The notes under the pieces: generated by a model | The model's input: the letters and a program-made list of their open reading frames with translations, nothing else | Database searches by the model: none | What the model was told of the DNA's origin: nothing | DNA from: Leptospirales bacterium | Lineage (GTDB): Bacteria; Spirochaetota; Leptospiria; Turneriellales; JAOUFE01 | DNA: 64,000 bases | Assembly: GCA_040326155.1 (NCBI GenBank) | Contig: JBEQLE010000010.1 | Span: forward strand, 9,454-73,453 | Direction: 5' to 3' | Program-made: the position numbers and the translations under genes | Shown here: positions 19,206 to 29,171 of the stretch, one piece after another | How the letters are laid out: each line of letters begins with the position of its first letter | How positions within the stretch are numbered: the stretch's first letter is position 1

Positions 19206-19790
19206 ATGAAAAAAATTATAATTGGTATTGTGTTTTCGTTTTTAATTTTTAACTTATATTCAATACCGCCAAGAGATAACAAAACCGGGAGTGTAATTGG
19301 AATTCAAGTGTCAGTAAGTGGACTATTTGCTCCTCAAGTTTTCAATGGAATTGTCTTTGTAAAATTAAAAAATGGCAACGATTTTACCAGCGGTGAAAAA
19401 GTCGTATTATCAAAATCTAGAAGTGGTTTTAATATCTATCTCTATAACGTAGAACCTGGAACTTATGTTGCCGTTGGAGGTTCGTACACAAGCGGGGGCG
19501 GGCACGATAGTGTTGTATTTTTCTCAACAGAAATGGTTGCAAAAACAAAAATTGTAGTAAAGAGCAACTCTATAACATACATGGGAAAATATACAGTCTC
19601 AACTGGAAAACATGTAAAAGACAAAGGCGATAAAGTACAGCGGCATTACGGAACCAACGTGGATTCAGCCTACCCACCTTATGTAGGTAAAATAAAAAGA
19701 AGCAGTAACACAGAAAAAGATAAAGAGGCTTTTATGAAATCAACCATTCGCCTGTTGAAAAAGAGCGAGTGGAGTGATCTTGTAGGTTAA
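19206..19790 (+). CDS. Secreted hypothetical protein
   Basis: RBS GGAG, signal peptide MKKIIIGIVFSFLIFNLYS. Confidence 0.75.
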   Translation: MKKIIIGIVFSFLIFNLYSIPPRDNKTGSVIGIQVSVSGLFAPQVFNGIVFVKLKNGNDFTSGEKVVLSKSRSGFNIYLYNVEPGTYVAVGGSYTSGGGHDSVVFFSTEMVAKTKIVVKSNSITYMGKYTVSTGKHVKDKGDKVQRHYGTNVDSAYPPYVGKIKRSSNTEKDKEAFMKSTIRLLKKSEWSDLVG

Positions 19791-19809
19791 TAATAATTTA
19801 CTAGATGAA

Positions 19810-19848
19810 TTGATCTATCGGGTCATGATATACAACCTGGTAGATCAA
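19810..19848. terminator. Hairpin between convergent genes
   Basis: TTGATCTATCGGGT...ACCTGGTAGATCAA imperfect inverted repeat. Confidence 0.45.
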
Positions 19849-19903
19849 GCTTTAACAGTATATATCCCATTTTACTTTAATTAGAACAAATAACTCTGTA
19901 ATA

Positions 19904-21250
19904 TTAATTTCCAATAATTTCGCCAACGCAGATTTTGACGTCTGAGAAAAACTTTTCGTCTTTTGCGGGTTGAAGTTCGAGGTTTTGCGGTTCGCCGGCC
20001 CAGATTTGTTGGTTGACTTTTAATGCTGAAAGAGCTTTTCTTCGTTCGCGAAAATGGGTGGGTAGGCGCATTTTTCCTGTCAGGGAGAGTTCACCTGCGG
20101 CGGCCCATTTTTTAGGTATTTCTTTGTTGCGATAACTTGAAGCCATGGCCAGAAGCAGGGCCAGGTCGCCCGCTGAATCTTTTAAAAAAGTTCCGCCGTG
20201 AATGCGGACGAAAATATCGCTTTGTGACATCTTGTAACCTAGAAATTTTTCGAGTATGGCGGCGATCATGTGAATGCGGCTGATATCGATATTTTCGCCT
20301 ATGCGTCTGCCGTTGGAAAAACTGGCGGGAGTTGCCAACACCTGAACTTCGACGGGCATAATTCTGGTGCCGTCCACCTGGGGAAATAAGATGCTGCCGA
20401 CGCCCCCGGTATCTTCGAGGTGAATGAGGCTTTTTTCTCGGGGTACTTCAAGCAAGCCCTCTCTGGTCATTTCGAAGACGGCGATTTCACCGGTGGAGCC
20501 GTAGCGGTTTTTTACGGAGCGAATAAATCGGTATTGGCCGAAATTTTGATTTTCAAAATAGAGAACCACATCGACGGCGTGTTCTAAAACTTTGGGGCCG
20601 GCAATTTGACCGTCTTTTGTAATGTGTCCGGTCAGCACAACGGGAATATTATTGGACCTGGCGAGTTCGACAAAGGCTGCGGCGGAAGTTCGTATCTGGG
20701 TTACCGAACCGTTAATATATTTTTCGTTTTCAGAGGTTACCGTTTGAATGGAATCTACCAGTAAAATTTCAGGTTTCACCTGGTGGATGGCCGAAAGAAT
20801 GCGTTCGATTTTTGTTTCTTGCAGCAGGGTAACGTTTTCGTATAGAGCCCCGGTTCGGTTGGCTCTGTCCATAATCTGCCCGGCGCCTTCTTCCCCCGAG
20901 ACGTATAATACTTTTTTATTGCTTTTTCCGAAAGCCAGAAGCAGGGTGGATTTTCCTATGCCGGGTTCTCCGCCAAGTAAAACTACAGAACCGCGAACGA
21001 GACCTCCACCAAGAACATTGTCCATTTCGCGAATTCCAGTTGGTATGCGAATTAACTCGTCTTTAAAACTTTTGGTTATGGAGTAAAAATTTAAATTTTC
21101 CCGGTGGGCTGTTTTTTCGACTTCACCTTGCGTGGTTTCATCAAAAGTATTCCAGGCTTTGCAGGAGGGGCATTGTCCCATCCAGGCAATAAAGGTTTCT
21201 TCGCATTTGGAACAACGGTATACTGTTTTTTTATCTTTTGCTTTAGCCAT
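19904..21250 (-). CDS. radA: DNA repair protein RadA/Sms
   Basis: C4 zinc finger, GGEPGIGKSTL Walker A, KNRYG motif, Lon-like C-terminus. Confidence 0.96.
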   Translation of the reverse strand: MAKAKDKKTVYRCSKCEETFIAWMGQCPSCKAWNTFDETTQGEVEKTAHRENLNFYSITKSFKDELIRIPTGIREMDNVLGGGLVRGSVVLLGGEPGIGKSTLLLAFGKSNKKVLYVSGEEGAGQIMDRANRTGALYENVTLLQETKIERILSAIHQVKPEILLVDSIQTVTSENEKYINGSVTQIRTSAAAFVELARSNNIPVVLTGHITKDGQIAGPKVLEHAVDVVLYFENQNFGQYRFIRSVKNRYGSTGEIAVFEMTREGLLEVPREKSLIHLEDTGGVGSILFPQVDGTRIMPVEVQVLATPASFSNGRRIGENIDISRIHMIAAILEKFLGYKMSQSDIFVRIHGGTFLKDSAGDLALLLAMASSYRNKEIPKKWAAAGELSLTGKMRLPTHFRERRKALSALKVNQQIWAGEPQNLELQPAKDEKFFSDVKICVGEIIGN

Positions 21251-21264
21251 ACAATAACCTGTTT

Positions 21265-24066
21265 TTACATTTCTGAATCCATATTTAAAAAGACGACATG
21301 TTTTATATAGAGATCGATGCGCAGTTTTAACTGGCTCTCCAGTTTATGTAATTTATCTTTAACTCGATTATTTTCACTTTTTTTCTTATTTATTGTTCTT
21401 TGTATGGCGCCTGACATTCTCTCTTCCCCGTACCAGTGCGCTTTTCCCTGTTGAATTTCAAGTTTTTCTTTCAGCTCACTTTCAGAGTTTTTATGTGAGT
21501 TTCGAATATTTTGCTTCCAGAAATTTATACCGTATTTAGTTTTCGATAAAAGTTTTTCAATGTCATGTTCAATTTCGGAATGAACTCCCTGAATTGCTTT
21601 TTCCAGATTTTTTACACCTTCTTTGAAGGTAGTCGAAGCAGGCTCACAGGAAATAATGGAATTTGCATAATTGGGAACCTCGCCCGGTTGGTCGTTTTGG
21701 TCGTCGATAAATATATTATAGCGCCGATTATAAACCCGATCAAGATGAATTTTTACTTCAAAATAATAAGCTATTCCCTTCTCTTTCGCCTGCAAAGTTT
21801 CTGCGTTATAATACACGGATGGTTCCACTTTTTCAACTAGTTGTTTTAACGCTCGGTCAACAAAAGGGTGGCCAATGGTTAAATAGTCGAGATGACCTTT
21901 TTTATTCGATGTTTCCAGATAGAATGTGCCGGTACGAAATTCCCCATCCTGGGCAAAAGTAATATCACCGCCTCGGTTTTTTAGTTTTTCGTTTGTAAGT
22001 TCATTCACACCTAGAGAAATCTCTTCAATAATTTCTTCAGTTTCAAACCCAGACTCTTTAGTTTCGAGCACGGCCTGGAAAGCCTGCATGTTAAAATCCA
22101 GCACTTCGGTTGAAATCAGGTTTTCAATTTTATGCAGATTATCGCGAGCCGCTTGCAGAGAAGTTTTCAGTTCAGCGTCATTCTCTTTTTTCGATTTTCT
22201 GCCGTCTAATAGATTTTGCAACGATTTTTCAATGGAGCTGTCATCTTCGGTCATGCCCAGGAGTATATCGGAGCTTCCAAAAGCATTCTCGAAAAGTTGT
22301 ATCTTCTTTTCCAGAATTTCAAGAATTTTTTCGGCTATGGTATCTTTGGTTGCAAAGTTAATAATATACACATCATTTTTTTGTCCAAACCTGTGAATAC
22401 GTCCTATTCGTTGTTCGACTTTTAGAGGACTCCAGGGCAAATCGTAATTGATGAGCGCCGAAGCAACTTGCAGGTTGCGTCCTTCACCGCCTGCTTCTGT
22501 ACAAATAAGTATATCGGTTTTCGTAAAGAAATCTTCTATCATTTGTTCTTTGTCGAGCGCAGTCAGCCCCCCGTGAAACAGGGTGACTTGAAAATAGTCT
22601 CGAATATACTCGTGTATATATTCCATCGTTCGTCGAAACTGGGTGAAAATAATTACTTTTTCGTGACCCTCTTTTTTAAGTTTAATTAGAATATCGCGCA
22701 GGGAGGCAAGTTTATAATCGGTTTCAATTTTTTCGCCCAGAGAAATAAGCCGGGTAATGGACATAATTTCTTCCCGAATTTCAGCCGGGTCAAATATCGA
22801 TTCAAGGTCGAAATCACCTTCCTCTTCTTCATCGAGTTCATCATCTTCGTCCGGGATTTCAAATAATCTGCTTTTCGTTTGTTTATCTTTCGGAAGTCGA
22901 TAGTACATTTTTTCTAAACGAACTTTTCTTTTTTTTAGAGCATGTAATAAAGCATGGCTGGATGAGTCTAAGAGCTTTTGGAAAACTATGGCCACAAAAG
23001 CCCGCACATGTTGGTGAGAATCCATGGCCCGGTTATACTCTTTTTTTACATATTCGGTTACCTGGTCGTAAAAAGCTCTCTCAAGCGGGGGCAGGGTGAG
23101 TTTAATGGTTTTTGCAAACCGTTTTGTAAACCCCCCAATATCAACTTTACGGCGACGAATAACCACCGGTGATAGTTTTTTACGTAAGGCGTTCGTGTTG
23201 TCATCGGTATAGGATGATAAAAAAGTATGCATAGGTCCAAGAATATCGGGGTCTATCAGTTGAATTAAATAGTATATTTCTTCGAGCTTTCCACGAAAAG
23301 GGGTCGCCGAGAGTAAAATAAGGGCGCGAGCAGTGGGGGATATTTGTTCAGCAAACTGGTAAGCTTTCGTTGCTTTCGTCTGGTCTTTTCGCAGTCGGTG
23401 GGCCTCATCAAATACGATAATATCGAAGTTTTTTTCGAGAAAAGGTCCCCATCTGTCTTTGTCGCGCAACAGATCAATGGAAACTATAATTCGTTTTTCA
23501 TTTTCGACAATATTGGGATTCTTTCTTAAAACTGGTCCATTTACAATTACAAAGTTTTCGTTAAACTTATGCTTCATCTCGCTTTGCCATTGGTAAACCA
23601 GGGGCGCAGGTACGGCAATTAATACCGTTTCGCAATTTTGTTTTAGAATCAACTCTTTAATAATTAACCCGGCCTCGACGGTTTTACCCAGGCCGACTTC
23701 GTCTGCAATTAACACTCTTGGTTGAACTGACTCCACGACATGCAACGCCGCTTGTACCTGGTGAGGTAAAAGCATTGTTTTCGATGCAACCAGAGAACTC
23801 AGGGGGTTGGCAAAGTGCTTTTCAAGTATACCCCAGAGTTTGGCATAAAAGGATAGATAGTTTGTAAATTCTGGTTCGTTTTCGGACGGGGTCTTTGGTA
23901 TTGTAGAAATTTCAGGTGGGTGTACGTGTATAGCCCGGTTGATATTCCGGTTTCCAGTTTTTACAAGTTTTCCATTTGCGAAAAACCATCGTGGTTCCGG
24001 CGGGACACTGGTTTGAGCCGCACTGCTTCGTTTAAAGTTCAGGTAACCCTGGGCTGTACTCTCCAT
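21265..24066 (-). CDS. SNF2-family helicase (RapA/YqhH-like)
   Basis: IADEVGLGKT, DEAH, SATP, GGEGRNLQ, EQRIGRIHRFGQ. Confidence 0.9.
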   Translation of the reverse strand: MESTAQGYLNFKRSSAAQTSVPPEPRWFFANGKLVKTGNRNINRAIHVHPPEISTIPKTPSENEPEFTNYLSFYAKLWGILEKHFANPLSSLVASKTMLLPHQVQAALHVVESVQPRVLIADEVGLGKTVEAGLIIKELILKQNCETVLIAVPAPLVYQWQSEMKHKFNENFVIVNGPVLRKNPNIVENEKRIIVSIDLLRDKDRWGPFLEKNFDIIVFDEAHRLRKDQTKATKAYQFAEQISPTARALILLSATPFRGKLEEIYYLIQLIDPDILGPMHTFLSSYTDDNTNALRKKLSPVVIRRRKVDIGGFTKRFAKTIKLTLPPLERAFYDQVTEYVKKEYNRAMDSHQHVRAFVAIVFQKLLDSSSHALLHALKKRKVRLEKMYYRLPKDKQTKSRLFEIPDEDDELDEEEEGDFDLESIFDPAEIREEIMSITRLISLGEKIETDYKLASLRDILIKLKKEGHEKVIIFTQFRRTMEYIHEYIRDYFQVTLFHGGLTALDKEQMIEDFFTKTDILICTEAGGEGRNLQVASALINYDLPWSPLKVEQRIGRIHRFGQKNDVYIINFATKDTIAEKILEILEKKIQLFENAFGSSDILLGMTEDDSSIEKSLQNLLDGRKSKKENDAELKTSLQAARDNLHKIENLISTEVLDFNMQAFQAVLETKESGFETEEIIEEISLGVNELTNEKLKNRGGDITFAQDGEFRTGTFYLETSNKKGHLDYLTIGHPFVDRALKQLVEKVEPSVYYNAETLQAKEKGIAYYFEVKIHLDRVYNRRYNIFIDDQNDQPGEVPNYANSIISCEPASTTFKEGVKNLEKAIQGVHSEIEHDIEKLLSKTKYGINFWKQNIRNSHKNSESELKEKLEIQQGKAHWYGEERMSGAIQRTINKKKSENNRVKDKLHKLESQLKLRIDLYIKHVVFLNMDSEM

Positions 24067-24110
24067 TGTTGAAGAGACATAATGAAATAGATTTATGCGT
24101 TGTAAATTAT

Positions 24111-25970
24111 TTAGCTGTGAGAGGCGAGAAATTGTTCTACTTTTGTTTTTTCCCCTAAAAGTGTGGCCACCTCTTCGGCCAAGCTGTCGACTTTGTCGGG
24201 GTCTTGCTTTTCTGCATTCGAAAGTTCGTCAGTTTTTTGCTTAATTGCTTTGTTGATTCTTTCTCTTTTTTGCAGCATTATCAGTCTACTTAGTTTTTTT
24301 GAGTACTCTTTATCGATATAAGCCGCATCGTCACTCTCTTCGAGTTCTTCGAATACGGTTTCCATTGAAAACAGGATATCGGATAACAGGCGGACCATCC
24401 CCTCGTCCGATAACAGGGTCATTACTTTATTCAGGTCTTCCCACTTCCAGAATTCTCCACTTCGTAACCTGTCACGAAAAAATACATACAGCAAGTAAGA
24501 CTCTTTTCCACTCCATTCGACTTCATCAAGCAGTACTTTATTGTTCCAGCAGGCTGAGTGGCGAAGTAACAAGCTTAAAATCTCTTTTTCAAGGCTGCCG
24601 ACGGGATAGTCTTGTTCAATTTCTTCTTCATCGAACTCTACGCGTTTACGTTTCAATTTAATATGAGCAGATCCATTTTTGCTAAAATCGTTTCGAATTA
24701 AATCGATAGAAATCGCCAGTTTGACCGAAGCTTCTTTCAGGTATTCATCTTTTTCCCACTCCGCAGATAAATTGCCCACATATTCAAAAAATGCATCGAT
24801 GGCTTCCCTTTTTTGATCCAGCTGTGAAATATTATATTTATGGGTGAAAAAATACCAGAGTACAAAGGAAACTTCGGTTCGGGATGCGTCTAGCAGCGAA
24901 AGGATTTCCGTAAGATCTAGTTTTTGACTAATATCAAACGGGTCGAGGCTCTGGTTTGCGCCGCTTAATATTACAATGCGGGGATTCAATTTTTTATCCC
25001 GAGCAATTACGAGCGACCGGTATGCTGCTTCGATTCCGGCAGGGTCTCCGTCGAAAAATATAATCAGGTTATCTGTATATCTTTTTAATAGTTTTGCCTG
25101 TTCCGATGTAAAAGCGGTTCCGAGCGGGGCGACTGCGTTTTTAATTCCGGATTGGTGTAAACCCATTACATCAAGATAACCTTCCACAAGTATGGCCTGG
25201 CCCGATTTTCGGATATCGTCTTTTGCGGTGTAAAAATTATACAAGGTGGCTTTTTTATGAAACAGTGGGGACTCAGGTGAATTGACATATTTTCCCGCTT
25301 CAATTTTACGTATTATGCGACCGCCAAAAGCGATGGTCTCTCCTTTGTTTCCCAGAATAGGAAAGATCAGGCGTCCGCGAAATCTATTGTAGGTTTCGTC
25401 ATTACTTGATTTTGCAAGTAGTCCGAGTTCGAAGAGGGCTTTTTCAGCTTCTTGTTTTTTCTTGCCTTCGTAATTGTTTAAAAGTGAACCTTCTAAAAAA
25501 CGGTAAGTGGGCGGAGCATACCCAAGCTGAAAATGGGCAGCCGTTGCGGGTTCTATTTTTCGTAATTTTATATATTCGGAAGCTTCAGAGTCTTTTAGTT
25601 GCGATTTATAGACTTCTTTTACTGCGCCCTGGACAGCGATCAGAGTTTTTTTCCAGTTTTGAATTTTCTCTGCGCCGGGTTTTTGGGCTCCCTGTAGCGG
25701 TATGCCAGAATAGTCTGAGAGTATTTTTAGAGATTCTTTGAAGTCGACTTTTTCATATTCTTGAACAAAGGTGATGAGGTTTCCACCTTTGCCACACCCG
25801 AAGCATTTAAAAATTCCTTTTTCGGGAGAGATGCTAAAGGAGGGAGATTTTTCATTGTGAAAAGGACATAGTGCCCAGTAATTGCTTCCTTTCTGCTTAA
25901 GCGTAAGATACCGCTGAAGAAACGATTCAATCGGGATAGCCTGGATCAGACGATCCGCGTCGCTTGCCAT
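24111..25970 (-). CDS. dnaG: DNA primase
   Basis: CPFHNEKSPSF zinc finger, KYVNSPES, VEGYLDV and FDGDPAG TOPRIM motifs. Confidence 0.96.
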   Translation of the reverse strand: MASDADRLIQAIPIESFLQRYLTLKQKGSNYWALCPFHNEKSPSFSISPEKGIFKCFGCGKGGNLITFVQEYEKVDFKESLKILSDYSGIPLQGAQKPGAEKIQNWKKTLIAVQGAVKEVYKSQLKDSEASEYIKLRKIEPATAAHFQLGYAPPTYRFLEGSLLNNYEGKKKQEAEKALFELGLLAKSSNDETYNRFRGRLIFPILGNKGETIAFGGRIIRKIEAGKYVNSPESPLFHKKATLYNFYTAKDDIRKSGQAILVEGYLDVMGLHQSGIKNAVAPLGTAFTSEQAKLLKRYTDNLIIFFDGDPAGIEAAYRSLVIARDKKLNPRIVILSGANQSLDPFDISQKLDLTEILSLLDASRTEVSFVLWYFFTHKYNISQLDQKREAIDAFFEYVGNLSAEWEKDEYLKEASVKLAISIDLIRNDFSKNGSAHIKLKRKRVEFDEEEIEQDYPVGSLEKEILSLLLRHSACWNNKVLLDEVEWSGKESYLLYVFFRDRLRSGEFWKWEDLNKVMTLLSDEGMVRLLSDILFSMETVFEELEESDDAAYIDKEYSKKLSRLIMLQKRERINKAIKQKTDELSNAEKQDPDKVDSLAEEVATLLGEKTKVEQFLASHS

Positions 25971-26010
25971 ATTCTTAGAAGCAAGCTTTGATTTGTGGGG
26001 TCAAATGTTA

Positions 26011-26241
26011 TTAATCTCCGTAGAGCATTTTTTTGCGCTGGCGCTTTCTAATAGCGGCTTCTTGCGCTCTTTTTTTAGTCACGGAAGGTTTTTCATAGAA
26101 CTCTCGTTTTTTTAGTTCCGTTAAAATACCTGCATTAGTCACTTCTCTCTTGAAACGTTTTAATGCAATTTCCACCGGCTCTTCGTCTTTTACACGAGTT
26201 CCGTTGTTAAAATAATCGTATGCTGTAAATTCTCTTTCCAT
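26011..26241 (-). CDS. rpsU: 30S ribosomal protein S21
   Basis: ALKRFKR, KKREFYEKPS; upstream of dnaG; ATG at 26241. Confidence 0.93.
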   Translation of the reverse strand: MEREFTAYDYFNNGTRVKDEEPVEIALKRFKREVTNAGILTELKKREFYEKPSVTKKRAQEAAIRKRQRKKMLYGD

Positions 26242-26372
26242 AATATATAAAACCCTTTGATTAAGGAACAATTTACAACCGAATACTCGCTGTCAACTTT
26301 TTTATAGTGTTTCTACTCTGGCGCGAAAATTCTTTATTCTTTACAAAAAGGCAAATCGTAGTTAACTGGATT

Positions 26373-27089
26373 GTGAAATATTTTTTAACCGCAGGGGTAC
26401 TAGCCGTTTTCATTTTGTTCGGCGGGTACTATCTGTTCAACAATGGATTATTGTGGTTTGTTTACCCCGATAAAGAAATTTACCCGATTATGGGCGTCGA
26501 CGTTTCTCACCATCAAGGGAAAATCGATTGGGAAGAACTCGCCCGCCAGGGAGTACGATTCGCATTTATAAAGTCCACGGAAGGCGGCGACTTTAAAGAT
26601 TCAAGATTTAAAGAAAACATACGAAATGCAAAAAAAGCAAACATACCAGTTGGAGCCTACCACTTTTTTACCTTTTGTCGACCCGGTTTAGAACAGGCGA
26701 AAAATTTTATTGAAACGGTTCCAAAAGATACAATTGACCTGGCCCCGGTAATTGACCTGGAATTTGGCGGAAATTGCTCGGCCACTCCTTCGCAGAGTGA
26801 ACTGAATAAGCAATTAAGTTTATATGTGGACGCCATCGTCCGGCATTATAATCGCAACCCCATTTTTTACATCACCACAGAATTTCTGGAGGCCTACCCT
26901 CTGAAAAAATTTCAAAATATAGATTTGTGGATGCGCAATATTTACCGACCTCCTGAATCACACAATAAACGTGGTTGCACATTTTGGCAGTACCACAGCC
27001 GAGGCAGGCTTAAAGGAGTCAGCGAATTCATAGACCTCAACGTATATTGCGGCGATCAAGTATCTTTTGAAAAATTCCTCGACCAATAA
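26373..27089 (+). CDS. GH25 family lysozyme/muramidase
   Basis: GVDVSHHQG, KSTEG, GAYHFF, IDLEF, WQY, DLN; N-terminal anchor; start uncertain. Confidence 0.9.
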   Translation: MKYFLTAGVLAVFILFGGYYLFNNGLLWFVYPDKEIYPIMGVDVSHHQGKIDWEELARQGVRFAFIKSTEGGDFKDSRFKENIRNAKKANIPVGAYHFFTFCRPGLEQAKNFIETVPKDTIDLAPVIDLEFGGNCSATPSQSELNKQLSLYVDAIVRHYNRNPIFYITTEFLEAYPLKKFQNIDLWMRNIYRPPESHNKRGCTFWQYHSRGRLKGVSEFIDLNVYCGDQVSFEKFLDQ

Positions 27090-27095
27090 TATAAA

Positions 27096-27632
27096 TTACT
27101 CGGCCAGTTCTGGGTGCATTTTGTCGAGAATAAAGTCCTTGAATTCAGCTATTTTTTCTTTCGTTTCAAAAAGTTCTTTTTTAACCAAAATGGCCTGTAA
27201 CGCGCTTGTGTAGAGAAAAAAGTAATCTTCGTTTTCGCGAAATTTTTCAATTAAAGAGTATTTGAACTCCGTCGAGCTGTACTCATTTTTATCCGTTATT
27301 GATTCAGCCGTAAATGTCAAACTTTGTTTCCCGATCATGCTCTTGTTTTTTCCTTCCGCCAGCATCTTTCGAACTGCTCTTTTGGATCGCCAATAAACAT
27401 ACTTGTTATAGCGAAAAAATAAAAAGGAACAAACAATGGAATATATGATTATAATTGTAATGTCAGATTTCACAATTCCACTTCTAATAAAGAAAAGCAC
27501 AACCAATGAATACATAGCAACTAATGCTATTCTCTGTTTAAAAATGGAAGATTTCATTACTTCGGAATTTTCCAGTTGGAATTGGTTAAAATTGATAATA
27601 TCTTCTACTGTTTGCTCGAATTCGAATTTCAT
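27096..27632 (-). CDS. YcxB family membrane protein
   Basis: Two TM helices then a YcxB-like C-terminal domain (EFKYSLIEK...YFFLY...AILVKK). Confidence 0.75.
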   Translation of the reverse strand: MKFEFEQTVEDIINFNQFQLENSEVMKSSIFKQRIALVAMYSLVVLFFIRSGIVKSDITIIIIYSIVCSFLFFRYNKYVYWRSKRAVRKMLAEGKNKSMIGKQSLTFTAESITDKNEYSSTEFKYSLIEKFRENEDYFFLYTSALQAILVKKELFETKEKIAEFKDFILDKMHPELAE

Positions 27633-27799
27633 TTACTTTCCTTATTCAAAATCATTTGGGTCCATATTCTGCTTTTTCGTATCCATTCGTAAAGAAGTAT
27701 TTTCGGCACCCGCTAAAGCAGTTCAGGCAGTCTGGAACTAAAGTTGAGTTTTTTTACAAAAACCGGGAATTGAAAAAAACTTTTCGTCTCAAAGCTAAT

Positions 27800-28399
27800 A
27801 TGAACAGTGATTCAATGTCTGAAGTAAATAAGTTTAATTTTGAAAAAATTGAAAAAGCGGCCGGTGAATTTATTAATGGAATTGGCGAAAATGATGCCCG
27901 GGAGGGGTTGCAAAAAACTCCTGAAAGAATAGCTCGTTCCATGGAGTATCTAACATCGGGTTATCACGATAGCATCGAAGATATTGTGAATGGAGCAATT
28001 TACCATGACCCGAATAACGGTATGGTTATTGTTCAGGATATTGAACTTTACAGTCTTTGTGAGCACCACATGTTACCATTTTTCGGCAAGGCATTTATTG
28101 CCTATTTGCCTAATGAAAAGATTATTGGCATCAGTAAAATACCAAGAATAGTCGACATGTTTTCCCGTCGCCTGCAGGTCCAGGAGCGATTAACCGATCA
28201 AATCGCCGAAGCGATTGAAAGTATTTTACAACCCAAAGGGGTTGCCGTCGTTATTCAGGCCCAGCATTTTTGTATGATGATGCGTGGCGTTGAAAAACAA
28301 AACTCTTTTTTAACAACAAGCAGCATGCTCGGTGCATTTCAGACATCCCAGCCTACCCGTATGGAATTTTTAAGTTTAATACAGAAAAAAATGAATTGA
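27800..28399 (+). CDS. folE: GTP cyclohydrolase I
   Basis: [41 protein letters not shown]; start at 27800 or 27815. Confidence 0.96.
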   Translation: MNSDSMSEVNKFNFEKIEKAAGEFINGIGENDAREGLQKTPERIARSMEYLTSGYHDSIEDIVNGAIYHDPNNGMVIVQDIELYSLCEHHMLPFFGKAFIAYLPNEKIIGISKIPRIVDMFSRRLQVQERLTDQIAEAIESILQPKGVAVVIQAQHFCMMMRGVEKQNSFLTTSSMLGAFQTSQPTRMEFLSLIQKKMN

Positions 28400-28436
28400 G
28401 GCTCTAAAAGAACTTTTACTCGATTTATTTGATATT

Positions 28437-29141
28437 TTATAACGATTCTTTAAAAGAAGCTTGAATAATTTTTGTCCAGAGTTCATACCCTTTTTGATTC
28501 AAGTGTAATCCATCGGGCAAGAACAACTCTTTACGAAAAGTACCATCTTTATTCAGCATTGATGACGCCGTGTCGATGTAGAATACATTCTCTGTTTTAC
28601 TCACCCACTCTTCTATAAGAGCATTTGCTTTTTTCATCTTTTCCCATGAAATTTTACGCGCGGGCGATGGCTTCACCGAGATAAAAAATATTTTTATGGA
28701 TGAACCAGGGGGAGTGAATTCCCTGATCTTTTTTACCAGAACTGTAAAATTGTTGAGTGTATCCTTCGCTGATAAATTTAAGCGCGCAGAATACAGATCA
28801 TTATCTCCCGCATAAACTACGATTGCCATGGGTTTTATTTTTCCCAGAAGCCGGGGGACAAAATAAGTGAGATCAGGTAATATGGAACCGCCAAAGCCTG
28901 CGTTAAATACCGGCAGAGGTTTAAAATCTTTTTTTAAATTCGACCACTTTCGAATTGAAGAGCTGCCATAAAAAAAGATACCATTTTTCGGAAATTCGCG
29001 TAATCGATCTTCAATTGATTTAATTTGAAATTCCCAATGTTTGGGATTATGCTTTCGAAGGGAATTCGAAAATAAAGTTACAATAACAGTAAGGGCCGCT
29101 ACGAAACTTAATAAAAATTTTCGATTGATGTATTTTTTCAT
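28437..29141 (-). CDS. GDSL/SGNH hydrolase
   Basis: FYGSSS, NAGFGGS, YAGDND, DGLH blocks. Confidence 0.88.
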   Translation of the reverse strand: MKKYINRKFLLSFVAALTVIVTLFSNSLRKHNPKHWEFQIKSIEDRLREFPKNGIFFYGSSSIRKWSNLKKDFKPLPVFNAGFGGSILPDLTYFVPRLLGKIKPMAIVVYAGDNDLYSARLNLSAKDTLNNFTVLVKKIREFTPPGSSIKIFFISVKPSPARKISWEKMKKANALIEEWVSKTENVFYIDTASSMLNKDGTFRKELFLPDGLHLNQKGYELWTKIIQASFKESL

Positions 29142-29171
29142 GAACGTTATTTTCGGCAATCCGGCTATAAT

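Noticed and set aside
21265..24066. SNF2 helicase as a DISARM DrmD-type defence gene
   Set aside because: No methylase, DUF1998 or other defence genes nearby; the context is housekeeping.
26373..27089. GH25 lysozyme as a prophage endolysin
   Set aside because: It has an N-terminal membrane anchor and there are no holin or phage genes nearby.
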